The position numbers and the translations under genes are program-made. 64,000 nucleotides of DNA. Origin: Ptychomitrium polyphyllum. Its lineage: Eukaryota. The DNA lies in contig OZ316775.1 of NCBI GenBank assembly GCA_973851085.1, positions 15,376,001 to 15,440,000 of the forward strand, given 5' to 3'. The notes beneath the pieces were generated by a model. It was not told where the DNA came from. It did not search any database and saw only the letters and a program-made list of their open reading frames with translations. Shown here one piece after another: positions 52,319 to 64,000 of this stretch; position 1 is the first letter of the stretch; each line of letters starts with the position of its first letter.

Positions 52319-55300
52319 CCACTCGCTCGTAGTCCCACCAATTATCTCCAACTTAAGACCAAACCTGATGGACCAAGCCCTAAACCAGAGAAGATGCGGC
52401 ATAAAAGACGTCGTTAATTCTGGAGCTGCTGATGCTTTGTTTATTTTTCCAAGCGTGTGTTCATGAGCAGCAGATCGGATTCCGGTCATATTTCGAGCAG
52501 TCGATCCCTCACAAATGTATATATACTGAGTACCACTCATTCATCAATGATAAAATTTTGTAAACTTGCGGACACGCTCGACTTTCGTCATCATCCCTGC
52601 ATTACGAGAATGGTCTTAGGTCGCTGCTTACGATTTAAATTATGAATGGTGGTCATTGACGTTGTTTAACGAGACTAAGAAGCTATTTCTACTGATATAC
52701 TTTAGACCCATTTGCACTCATGAAACGGCGAAGATCACATAGCAACACAAATTTTTCCAAGCGTATGGACTCATTGTGACACTAGTTTACCCTTAGAAGC
52801 TTCCAGCCATTTGTAGACCACATTATTTACCAGTGTTTTGTTGTTCGTATGTTGCATATTTTGTACTCGTAGATGATTTATTGTCTTGTCTCTATGCAGG
52901 TGGCAGATTATAAAATGTGATTTGATGATATGACCTACTTGCCAGTGCCCTGTGAGTTTTACAGGAAGCACTCTCATGAGCTGTGAAAGACCACCAATAG
53001 GAAAAGGGAGTCTGATTTAATGTCAATGATGCAATTGAAGCAGTTACAGGCCCACTCTTCTGATGTTCTAGTTCTGCCACCAAATATGTCGGATCTCCTT
53101 GGTCACTCAATTGAAGGCTAAGTATGACGATTGTTGGTGGCCGTTGCACCTCCTTCACCACGTATGCCATACAATACAAGGGTCATAAACATGTATCAAC
53201 TGCTTATGGAAACAGGCAATCATGATTAAAATAATGCTCAAATTGATTAATATCAATTTGAGACTCGCAAATCCATTGAGCGTCCTACAATTTGCAGGTC
53301 ATTCTAATGTGCAGCTTTCTAGAACTTCGGTCAAAAGATTCTTTGTTTGTCTGCGGACAATGATGCACTAACTACAGTACCTAGACATAAAGTGGTACTC
53401 CTTGCAGAACTGCCATTGATGTAAGTTTGGACCTCATTTCCATGGACATTAGTATATTATCACCTTGACACAGAATGAGCTATTGATTCTTGCTGCAACA
53501 GAAACTTTCCATTATTGTTGAAAAATATTAGCCCAACGAATTCACAATCACTTCAACTGTAATCTCAATTTGATGGGCACTATTATGAGTGCCCCCTGAG
53601 CCTGCTACATTCAATGTGGTGATCAGATTGGAGGGAAGTTAATAAATACTTAAAACTGTAAGGATATGGTACACTATACTGTTTATGAAATTTGGACAAG
53701 TGAAAATAGATTGTACATAAGACAGTACACGTAAAGCAAAGGTGTTTCAAGTGTGATGGCTTTTGTTAAGGACATAAACCAGCACGATATAAAGTTCCAT
53801 GGATGTGACAATGCCAACGTCCTCTCTCTCAATCTTCAAAACAATCAAACAATGCCCTACAATGGTGTTCCTTGCTTTATGCTAAATAATCAAATAATAC
53901 ATAGTGCAGTGATGCTCCTACACTAATAGTGTATATGTACAGTACATGATAGTTGCATATATAATCTTGTGTATATATGCGCTCAGTACTTGGTGCTCAC
54001 AAATTTCAAACATTGATTTTCATGTGTATAATGAAATATACTAAAACTAAATCCAAAACAATAAATGAAACATAACGAATTTATTTATAATTTATGAGTT
54101 TGGTAAGGTGTTGCTAGTCTCAAAGTTAGTGTTTATATAAAATTAACACACTAACCAATAACAACAATTTTAAACCAATGAAAAATAAGAATAATATATT
54201 GTAGATGCCAAAATTTGCTTATGTATTCTTTTAAAATCATCCAAAATCCTTTGAGCTAAATATAGTTAATTTGTGTACTATGATTAAATATTTTTCTAAT
54301 TAATGATAGATTAAAAAAATAAACTTTTAATTGAATATTTAATTTATAATACAATTATTTAGTTTAAGAAGATCTGAAGAAAGTTCTTGTAAACTAAATA
54401 AATATAGAATGGTTGATTGAAACTTAAATTAAAATTCTATGTTTTATTTGTATACCAATCAAATATTATATTATATTTTGAAGCTCACCATACAAGAAAA
54501 AGTGAAATTGTTGAGTTTAAAAATCAATTTATTCTGCCACTAGTTTATTAAATAATAGCTCAAAATTAGATCTTTTACTCATAATGGTTTATACTTAGAT
54601 ATGAGAGTTTTTCTTTTAATTAATTAAAATGATAAAGATAAATAAAAGTATTATTAATTCTTTTCTTCTTAAAGCACTTCATATATACAACTCATTTATC
54701 TTATTTTAAAAAAGAATTAAATAATTCAAATAATATTGATATGTGGTTTATCAATTAACTCATATTAAATTATTTCTCATTTGTACAAATTTAAACATGC
54801 ATTTAGCATATTACTTGTTCACAAAAAAAACAATCTAGAAGGTATAGTGATGTAAAGTGCTTGTAGTTTAAATTGTAGGCATATGAGTGTTTATTTTATA
54901 GTTTTAAGTATACAATCAAATTGATAGTAGTTTGATTTTATTTTAGATTTTATTCTAATTAAGTTATTGAAAAAACTTGAATGAATGGATTAAGTAGAAG
55001 TAAATGAATATTTAAAAGATAATCATGTGGTTTGCATGATATTGAGTTTTCAAGCGGCAAAAATGATAATAATTTTTCATTGGATTACATGGTGATGGCT
55101 TCTCTATTGGTTGAAGCGTTAAATGGAATTGAAATTTTATATAAAAGAAGGTGGAATGTTATGGCATTTGAAATAATATTGGAATGAGAGGTTATAGTGT
55201 GGATTTGTATTAATGAAGTATTTAAAGTGGATTTGAAAATACAGAGATATCTTCTAAGAGCTTAGTATATTGGAATTTACCTAGAAGATATTGAAATATA

Positions 55301-58300
55301 TTATATATTTAGTTTTATAACATCTACTTTAAATATTAAAATTAGTAAAAATTGGATTATATGGTTTTATTTATTGTACGTGAAGAAGAATGTTCTAGAT
55401 GTAAATTATAGAATTTATGTTTTTAATGAGATTTACTCATAAAATACAAAGTTTGAAGGTTTGGTGTTCATTATGATAAAAATTGTGAATGTTGAAGTAG
55501 AGGGAATTAATAGATCAAACAAAAATATTTAATTGAAATGTACTCTTAAGCTAGAAGGAAAAAGATATGAGTACAATACAAGAGTTTTAATCTATTATAT
55601 ATATAAGTAAACCTTTGTCTTTATTAAACAAGCGTATACACATCTTAACAATAAAAATGGAGATTCAATTTAAATACAAATTTTTTAATAAGTCATACTA
55701 TCATATAGCAAATGAATACAACAATATTCAACATCATTTAAACACTCGAATCAATCTTCTTGGAACAACAAAGCTTAATCAAAATCAATGACTATAGAAA
55801 TTTTATAAAAATATATATTTGTTTTAAAACTTAATTATTTATAATAACAAAAATCAACAAAAATTAAAGCAACAATTTACTTTTTGTATTTTAAGTGTGA
55901 TAAAGCAAAATTAAGAAAAAAAAAACTTTGTAATAGGATGCAATAGATTTCAAATAAACCTCTTATAAGGTTTAATTTTGGAAGGCTAATCAAAATTGCA
56001 AATTAAAAAAATATCTATTATATTGGCATCAAGTATTATATTGGTACTAAATTGTAGAACTCCATGTAATGAAGATCTACACTTATTTCCATGCACATCC
56101 ATTACACATAATTAAAGCTATTATATAAACAAGGTATTTTAAGGCCTTGCAACAATTGCTATTTTTTTACACAATTATATAGTATAATTGCAATTTAATT
56201 TGTATAGTCTACAGGCTAAAACAAAATTAAATAGAAATGAAGCTAAGAAGATTTTCATTACAATATTTTATTGTACCATGAGCAATTATTCTTGGAATGC
56301 CTTCTCATCATTTGTACATGAGAGCCCTATTACGTTTAGAACTAAGAGGCTTTGAAATAATTATTACATTATTTTTAAATTGAAGTAATTATTCAAATAA
56401 TTGAAGAGGCATAAAGGTTATCAAAGGTTTTATTAAAAACACATTCTTTCAATTGCTACACAACATCATTAATTGCAATAACGAATTCTTGAATAAGACT
56501 AGATTTTCCAATCAATTGCAAAAAATGGATCAAATTTTTATACAACTACAATAATATTTATGTAAGGCTATGTAGTTTTATAAACAATTAAAATTGCCCA
56601 TTTGATGTGTAAATTTCAAGTCTTAAGCATATCAATGCTTATATGTTATGATTGTGATTCATTTACATTACAAAATCCACTTTATTAAAATAGTAGATGG
56701 ATAGGTAATGATATGCAACTTTATAATTTAAAATATAAACTCAATCTCTTAAACAACTCTTAAAAAATGACATCAATATATGTGTTTTTTAATGTTCTTT
56801 ATGCAATATATTATTAAAAAAAACACTTACATTTTTACACGAGTTTGCCAATATTTAACAATTAAAAAAAAAACAAGGCATTAAAATTCAAAAAAATTAT
56901 ACAAAACTTTCAATAATTATATATAGATATATAAATTTTAATTAAAAATTATATAAATAAATATAATGGTAGGATAATTTTATCAAATATTTCCAAGGAC
57001 AAATAACTTATTGTTTATATTTGTTTCTTTAAAAAAAAATTGACTTATTAATAACCAAGCTACGAATAGAAGAGATTCAAGTATTGTTTTAATATAGTAC
57101 TTTTTATTCACTTTGAAAATTAAAGAGCCATTTCATATATGCTACATTTTTTATCTTGTCATAATTTATAAACTTTATTTACATAGTTATTAAAAAAACT
57201 CATAACTTATCTATACAAATTGCAATAATTAAACAATATTTTAGTTCATTTGAATTTCCTTGGAATATTTTTCCTATAAGCTTAAAAACTCATTTTTTTA
57301 TAACAAATATACTTAAATGATTTTTAATTTTTTTTTTGAAACATTTAGAATTAATGGCCAATAATTGCTACACTACTATAGTTTAACCTCAATAATACAA
57401 CACTTGATAGTATGACAATTTAGATTTTGTAGCACATCGATTTCCTACCAAATGTTCTAGTTTAAAGTTCTTCCTACAATATAACAACAACACACAACAA
57501 TACAATATTTAAATATCTATTTTGTCATTTGTAGAAGTAACATAGGTATGTTCATTCTAATAATAATATAATATTGGATAAAAGAAGACAACATATCATT
57601 TATGCACAAATGGAACCACAAAATGGAACCTCAAAATGTGCTAATGGAACCCCTTGTGGGAACTTACGGGAACTTACGGGAACCTGAGAGAACTCAATGC
57701 GAATTAACTAAATTCAGTAACACTACGACATTTGTGTTCGCAGGCGTGGTATATTGAAGAGAGGGAACCGTCCACACGGCGGAATGCCAAAGAAGGTGGA
57801 GCGTGGTGTCAGCCACGCAGGGGGAAAGCGTTGGCACCAATGATGGGGTTTGGTGCTAAAAGGGCGCGGGGCGGAGTTGAGGCGGAGCATCAAGGCTGGC
57901 AACGCATAATTCAAATTTAAAATTTCACATGCGTCTAGGTTCTCGTCCCTTTCTCCCGCTCCTTTGCATAATCCCATGCAGGCCGAGGCCCTTCATTGCC
58001 ATTCTTCTTCGAAACCCTCGACCATCCTGCCATCTTTGCGCCAGGCAGCCCCGCACGATCTGCGATCCTACCTCGCCACACTCTGGTAAGTCACGCCATG
58101 TCGTGCCGTGCCATGTCTGCTGTACTGCATTCGCTCTGTGCTTCTGCATCTTCTATCGTCGCTCTCCTAGGGTCTGGGAGCTCATTCACTCTTATAGATC
58201 TTGTTGGCGGTTTCATTGAGGCTTAGGGTTTCGGATGTTGTAGCGAGTTGACGTCAGAGGGGATTAATGCTTTTGGTTGTAGAGGTTGTTTGAGGTGAGG

Positions 58301-58462
58301 ATGGAGGATTGGTTGATGGATGTGTGGTTTGGTTTTACTGTTGATTATGAGCTCTCAGTAGCGGTTCTTGTGAGTAGGAGCTGGAGGACTTAGTGGCGAG
58401 GTTTGAAGATCGAGGGGGGTTGATGGTTGGGACTTGGATGTCTCGTGTTTGAGTGGTTTCAA

Positions 58463-59050
58463 ATGCATCCCCCTCTTACGCTGCACAAGCATCCCGCCTG
58501 TGCCGAGGTACTTTCTGCCATTGAGTTGGGGTTTATTGTCTTTTTATACCCCTTGGAATTGTGTAGTGCATCGCGGAGGTGGGGATCCATCGGACAGACA
58601 TATTGAGTGGATGCCGGTTGGATTGTGGTAGGTGATCGTGAATTTCAAGAAATGTCATGAGGATCACCCTGTGCAGAAGTTCTTTGGAGCTTGCAACGAC
58701 CTGAAAATCCAGTTGGACAAGTGTTTCCGAGAGGAGGTCTGAGATCTTGTGCCGCTCTCTTTTTGTATGCACTGGTGTTGCAAATTGCAGTGAGATTGGA
58801 TTGATCGTGTTTTTGAATGTTGGAGATCTCTGCGGCCAGAGTGGCTGAGAATGTTGGCCGCAGCGGTTTATTTGAGGTTGAGGGCATGAGAACTCATACT
58901 CTGTGTTGTGTCATCTGTCCTGGTTGTGATGTGCAGAAGCAAGTGAAGCGGAAGGCGAATTTTGAGACAAGCAAGCAGCTCAAGGAGAAACTCAGAGCTA
59001 GCAAAGCTGCAAAGTCCCCTTCGGAGTTCACGATGCCAGCCTCAGCATAA
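58463..59050 (+). CDS. CMC2: Twin CX9C mitochondrial IMS protein, COX assembly factor CMC2-like (Cmc1 family), copy a, 87 aa
   Basis: Exons 58463-58507, 58632-58736 and 58937-59050 (45/105/114 nt, GT-AG, phase 0) give MHPPLTLHKHPACAEVIVNFKKCHEDHPVQKFFGACNDLKIQLDKCFREEKQVKRKANFETSKQLKEKLRASKAAKSPSEFTMPASA, with two C-X9-C motifs. Confidence 0.9.
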
Positions 59051-59140
59051 TGGAGCTGGTTTCTGGTGTTATGTGGTGATCTGCAATTGTGTCATCAGGG
59101 GTGTCATGCGGCAGGGAATTTGTTCAATCTGTAGTTGGAC

Positions 59141-60011
59141 ATGGAGTCTGTGACATCGGATGCAAACGATTTCACTGGGGAGAAGCAGCCTGAGAATAAA
59201 GCACCTGAGGCAGCCACACCATCAATCGTGTGGGAGAAACGGCCTGTCAGTAGGAAACCTCGCATTATCTTGGCAGCCAGTGGCAGTGTAGCTGCCATAA
59301 AATTCGGGATCCTTGCAGATAGCTTATCAGACTGGGCAGAAGTAAGAGCAGTAGCTACAAAACCTTCGTTGCATTTTATTGACAGGAAGGGCTTGCCCGC
59401 TAGTGTAAAGCTGTACACAGATGAAGATGAATGGTCAAGCTGGAGCAGAATTGGAGACAACGTCCTTCATATCGAGCTAAGGAAGTGGGCTGATGCCATG
59501 CTTATTGCACCTCTCTCTGCAAACACGCTTGCCAAGGTAAGAAACCTTGGTCACCTCAACCTGTATATCCCATTTCTGCTTTTTCCAATCTGTATTTGCA
59601 GGAATGTGTCTATTCTGTAATGCGTTCTAGGGATCGCAACTTTTCTCCATATGCCACATTACGATAAGAGAAGTAGTATGCCTACCTAACTCCAACGATA
59701 CACAGGTTGCGGGAGGTTTATGTGACAATCTTCTCACATGCATCGTACGAGCTTGGGATTTCTCAAAGCCCATGTTTGTTGCCCCTGCTATGAACACGTT
59801 CATGTGGACCAGCCCTTTTACCTTGCGACATCTAACGGCACTCGAGGATCTTGGTGTTACTGTCATCTCACCTATTTCTAAGAGGCTGGCATGTGGAGAT
59901 ACAGGGAATGGTGCTATGGCTGAGCCCGCGTCTATTGATTCTGCTATGCGGTTGTCAGTACTATCTGACCCTATTATCCAGTCGCTTCCTGCACCACCTC
60001 GCACCATCTGA
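59141..60011 (+). CDS. HAL3: Phosphopantothenoylcysteine decarboxylase (HAL3/CoaC flavoprotein)
   Basis: Exons 59141-59536 and 59706-60011: RIILAASGSVAAIK, VLHIELRKWAD, IAPLSANTLAK|VAGGLCDNLLTC, FVAPAMNTFMW, KRLACGDTGNGAMAEP. Confidence 0.95.
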
Positions 60012-61840
60012 GGATTCATCTTTTCCGGTCTAGATTTTCCAAATATGTTTCAGCTGTGATTATAATCGATGCATATCTGTTGGTAGTTTGAATTCCGGAC
60101 AGGCTGCAGTGGCCAATTTCGGGTTTGGCTTGGTTGCCAGATCATGGACTTCGTGTAGGATACAGCGGGCTAGGTTGAGTGTCGTGTTTGCAGAACATTG
60201 ATTTATTATACTTTTTTGCATATTTCATGCAGCAGCTTTCAGGTTTGGAAACCCTTCATAGCCAGAAGTTTATAATCACTGTCTTCACCACATGGTCTGT
60301 ACGGTTTTTTAAATATGAGTTTGATTAAATATTTTTTAAATATGAAGTTTTTTCAAATGCATAGGAACCAGCCACTCGCTGCAGTATCGACAGCAAAGAC
60401 TAGTGACTTGTAAGAAGTAAAGGAATAAATTGGCACATTTCCAAATCATTATAAAGTGGTACCTGGAGAAATATTTTGAAATTCTCTGTTTGTGAAATAA
60501 CTTGGAACATAGAATTAGAAATTTCGCCTGAATTTGATAGTTTGATGGAATGGATTAGAAATGAGTTTTTTTTTATAAAGTGATTTTTTGAAATGTTTGC
60601 ACTGCATTGTTTTGGTCGATATTGTTATGAGGGGGTAAATTTCATTTTTTTATAAATGATGCTTGAAATGAAGGTCGTCATATATTTTCTTAATACGTTC
60701 TATTTTGTATCAAATCTACAATAAGTAGAATTCTCCTATGCTACATATACAATGTAAATAAGTCCTTTATAATTAACCATTTATATCCTAAAAACTTAAA
60801 AATAGTCTACTTTTATGATTTTGTACTTTTTAATTCCGGAATTAAAAAGTACAAAATTAAAGTCAATTCCATGTAATATATGTGGAAAACTGAATTGATA
60901 ATCTATTTATATTTTGTTACAATTTACTTTTAAAGTTTTGACATGTTCAATATTTAAAGAAAAGGAGTATGAAAGATTAATGTACTCTAATTGATACATT
61001 TAAATTTTTTAGAAGAAAACTCCTTGCTTATCAAATGACAATGAAAAAAGAAACAAACTATGATTTAATACTTTTGTAAAAGTTAGGTTTTTGGGATATA
61101 TTTACGTACTTCACTTTGTATAGTTGCACTACACTTTTAGAATTAAACATTACGAAATATTCATAAACATTCCTAAAACACTTCAAGATCATAAAAAATG
61201 AATACATTTCTTGAATAGAAAACGTCAATAAAAATTTCATAAACATGTAGAAAGTATTACTTTTGCAATACCAGTATGCAAGTACAGAATGATTAGACCA
61301 CCTCAAGAATAAAGCAGCATCGAGTTCATTAGGCCTGAAACCACAGAGCATGAGAGGTCACCAAAATGAAGTCCATGGGGGAACAGAGAATTGCAAATCA
61401 CTTGAGGGCCTTTGTAATCAGAAGTGTGTTAGTTCTAACAGCATCAAGCCATCGTAAAAGGCTAGTCGAATTCATGGTCACATATAAAATTTCTCCACCA
61501 ATACCCGAGATTTACAGACATGCAGTTCCCTTTTGCAAACTGCAACTCCTGCATGGATATTCGAAAGGTGGTCAACACCATTTTCATAAACACGTTCAAG
61601 ATGAGAATGACCAGTTAGTGTCCCAGGTCGTCAAATTGAAGCCTTGAATACCAAGGAGAGGGGAAAAAATGGCAGGATAATCCAGTATCCATTACAGAAT
61701 CTGCAGCTGTACAAATTAGGACCCTTTGCTTGTGCAGACTTCAGCGCACACGTTCTTTGCTGAGCGCTGGGACTATCCATAATCCACGTTGTACAAAGTT
61801 GAATCCTAAACGTATGACCCTGGATGGTTGAATGGTGGTC

Positions 61841-63271
61841 CTACATATCCGCTACAGACCAGAGGTAAGCCTCCAGATCAGTTGCTTGTTTCTCAGCCTT
61901 GGCTTTGAACATTTGACTTTCAAATCCAGTGCTCCGGTCGACACCATCCCAGTGCCGCCCAGGTTTGATTCCATACCGATTCATCGGAGCTCCAACACCT
62001 CGTTTCAGCCAACTGTGTGCAGGGATATCCTGAGGTATTATAAAGCCCGATTCCTTCATTTCCTCTGATGCTCCTAAATCCACCAACTCAGCTGCCGGAT
62101 CCTTCCGTTTGACAAGATGTGCCATAGGATCACCAAATCGTATCCGCTCTTTAAACATCTTGTCAAGTTCAGGATCATCGCGAGACCGTGCAAATGGCTT
62201 AGCTTTCTCAGCTTCAAACTCTGCAAGCTTTTCATCAACTTCTCGTTTTTGAGCTAACCCTTTCCCCCATTCGAGGGGTTTAACTTCAGGTTTACCTGCA
62301 CCCTGTTGCTGCCTCATTAACTCCTCTAAACCCTCCAATCGTTTTCCGCGTTTATCACGGTAGACTGTTTCTGCTGCCCGACCTCCGCCATCCATCTCTT
62401 TCAACCTTCTGGCGTCCTCCTGCTTCTTCTTCCTAAGCTCAGCTGCACGCTCTGCTTGGTTTTTAATAAGCCCTGCTTGCCTGCCATCGGTCATCCTCAC
62501 AGGTTTCCGTCTAGACGGTGAAGAGTCCATGGAATCTTTTGACTGTGGTGGAGGCATTCTCCGTGGAGGAGAAACATCAGGGGTGCCTGCAGTCCGGTGT
62601 CTCCTCCTGGGAGGAGAGATGTCCTGCGATTCAGGTATCCTTCTCGAAGAGGCATCGAGGGTGCCTGTAGTCCGATTCCTTCTCCTGGGAGGAGAGATGT
62701 CCTCTGACGGAGGTACCCTTCGCGGAGGAGAGGCACTGGGTGAGCCTGCAGTCCGGTTCCTTCTCCTGGGAGGAGAGATGTCCTCTGACGGAGGTACCCT
62801 TCGCGGAGGAGAGGCACTGGGTGAGCCTGCAGTCCGGTTCCTCTTCCTAGGCGGGGAGATATCCTGAGACGTACGCTCTCCTCTCAGAGGAGAAGCATCA
62901 GCGGAGCCTGCACGAACTGTAGCATTAGTCTGCACTTTCCGTTGAACATCCACTCCCGGCACCGTACTCCATCCACTCCCGTCATCTCCAATAGACATAT
63001 ATGGTCGGTGTTGCTTAATCCTGTCCATTTGATGCATACGCTTCACTTCCACGTCTTCAATCACTTGAGGAGCGTCAACTCCCTCCACTTCTGGCTCGTC
63101 CGAATCCTCGTCAATAATTTTCTGCCAGGCTGCATCATTGTCTACTATGATCAGCCCTGAAGGCACCTTTGCTGCTGCTGCTTTCCGCTTCTTCTTCATC
63201 TTCTTCGGTTGCTTTACCTCGTCCCCAGCTGACTGGTACTTTTTCAGATAGTTTTTCAGTGAAGTCGCCAT
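61841..63271 (-). CDS. BUD13: BUD13/CWC26 RES-complex splicing factor, intronless, 476 aa
   Basis: MATSLKNYLKKY, DxSPPRR repeats, AETVYRDKRGK, EWGKGLAQ, PFARSRDDPELD, RFGDPMA, NRYGIKPGRHWDGVDRSTGFE, AYLWSVADM. Confidence 0.95.
   Translation of the reverse strand: MATSLKNYLKKYQSAGDEVKQPKKMKKKRKAAAAKVPSGLIIVDNDAAWQKIIDEDSDEPEVEGVDAPQVIEDVEVKRMHQMDRIKQHRPYMSIGDDGSGWSTVPGVDVQRKVQTNATVRAGSADASPLRGERTSQDISPPRKRNRTAGSPSASPPRRVPPSEDISPPRRRNRTAGSPSASPPRRVPPSEDISPPRRRNRTTGTLDASSRRIPESQDISPPRRRHRTAGTPDVSPPRRMPPPQSKDSMDSSPSRRKPVRMTDGRQAGLIKNQAERAAELRKKKQEDARRLKEMDGGGRAAETVYRDKRGKRLEGLEELMRQQQGAGKPEVKPLEWGKGLAQKREVDEKLAEFEAEKAKPFARSRDDPELDKMFKERIRFGDPMAHLVKRKDPAAELVDLGASEEMKESGFIIPQDIPAHSWLKRGVGAPMNRYGIKPGRHWDGVDRSTGFESQMFKAKAEKQATDLEAYLWSVADM
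62550..62872 (-). repeat. 81-nt (27-aa) tandem repeat in BUD13, about 4 units
   Basis: DISPPRRRNRTAGSPSASPPRRVPPSE; GGAGAGATGTCC recurs at 62691 and 62772. Confidence 0.9.
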
Positions 63272-63350
63272 GACTACTATTTGCAACTAACGGATAAAAC
63301 AAGTCTCAAGTTCCCAAGCACAGGACCACAGATACCAGAGCGCAGCTCCG

Positions 63351-63933
63351 TTATGCTGAAGCAGGCTTGTTGAACTCTGAAGCAGACTTTGCAGCTTTGC
63401 TAGCTCTGAGTTTCTCCTTGAACTGCTTGCTTGTCTCAAAATTCGCCTTCCGCTTCACTTGTTTCTGAAGATGAAAGAGTGCAAACTATGAGCTCTCACA
63501 AAACCCAAAATTCACCGTTTGGGCCAACAATTCTAATCACTTTGACAGTAAAGGTCTCAATCATTCACAAGCATGATTCATCTAGTTCCACTCCAATTCC
63601 AAACCCCTAAAAAGTGCATACAAAAAGAGCGCGGCACACGATCAGACCTCCTCTCGGAAACAATTGTCCAACTGGATTTTCAGGTCGTTGCAAGCTCCAA
63701 AGAACTTCTGCACAGGGTGATCCTCATGACATTTCTTGAAATTCACGATCACCTGCCACAATCCAACCGGCATCCACTCAACAACCGCCAGAGACCACAA
63801 AAACTCTCTATCCGACGCACGCACAACTCCGCAATCAAGAGCACCACAACCTCTGAGAAGAAAACCCTCACTCAGTAGCAGAGCGTACCTCGGCACAGGC
63901 GGGATGCTTGTGCAGCGTCAGAGGAGGATGCAT
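63351..63933 (-). CDS. CMC2: Twin CX9C CMC2-like protein, copy b, 87 aa
   Basis: Exons 63933-63889, 63752-63648 and 63464-63351 (45/105/114 nt). It differs from copy a at 5 residues (K/N, L/F, P/A, T/N, M/K) plus synonymous changes. Confidence 0.9.
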
Positions 63934-64000
63934 TTGTACCACTCAATAACCAAACCCCCGACTCGTGAAACTTCACCACCAACTGTACTCCAGCTCCTAC

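Larger units (their letters stand above)
58374..64000. repeat. Inverted segmental duplication; arms ~58374-59077 and ~63325->64000
   Basis: Similarity covers the 5' leader (GTAGGAGCTGGAG; TTGAGTGGT..CAAATG), intron ends (GAGTGGATGCCGGTTGGATTGTGG[T/C]AG; GTGCCGC.CTCTTTTTGTATGCACT), the exons and ~25 nt after the stop. The right arm runs off the window. Confidence 0.88.

Noticed and set aside
54900..55600. Possible LINE ORF2 remnant
   Set aside because: Only vague Trp-rich fragments interrupted by stops; not supportable.
59048..59143. Stop-codon readthrough fusion of CMC2a to PPCDC (90-nt spacer is in frame)
   Set aside because: A second in-frame stop (TAG, 59132-59134) blocks it, and the copy-b spacer (79 nt) is out of frame.

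Overview
This is eukaryotic, intron-rich plant nuclear DNA, most likely a moss. The basis is a CLE peptide RMVPTGPNPLHN as described for Physcomitrium, intron-containing MYC-type bHLHs, and GC-richer genes separated by very AT-rich spacers. Twelve protein genes are supported: MYBBP1A/Pol5-like (runs off the left edge), two convergent 8-exon MYC-type bHLH paralogues flanking AIP1, splicing factors CWC25 and CWC21 side by side, an EF-hand lysophospholipid acyltransferase (LPEAT2-like), a CLE precursor, PPCDC/HAL3, BUD13, and two copies of a three-exon twin-CX9C gene (CMC2-like) that the ORF track only catches in fragments. The most unusual feature is at the right end. The two CMC2-like copies form an inverted duplication, and each ends only 90 or 79 nt upstream of a different, unrelated gene (PPCDC and BUD13). 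This suggests bicistronic or shared-promoter units, and both also have in-frame splice-fusion potential. Other points are a long G:U-rich foldback and a candidate poison exon in the CWC21 intron, a shared 15-nt microexon in both MYCs, a GC-AG intron in AIP1, ambiguous splicing into the CLE frame, and recent tandem-repeat expansions in all three splicing factors. Exon boundaries were read by eye and are unverified by transcripts.
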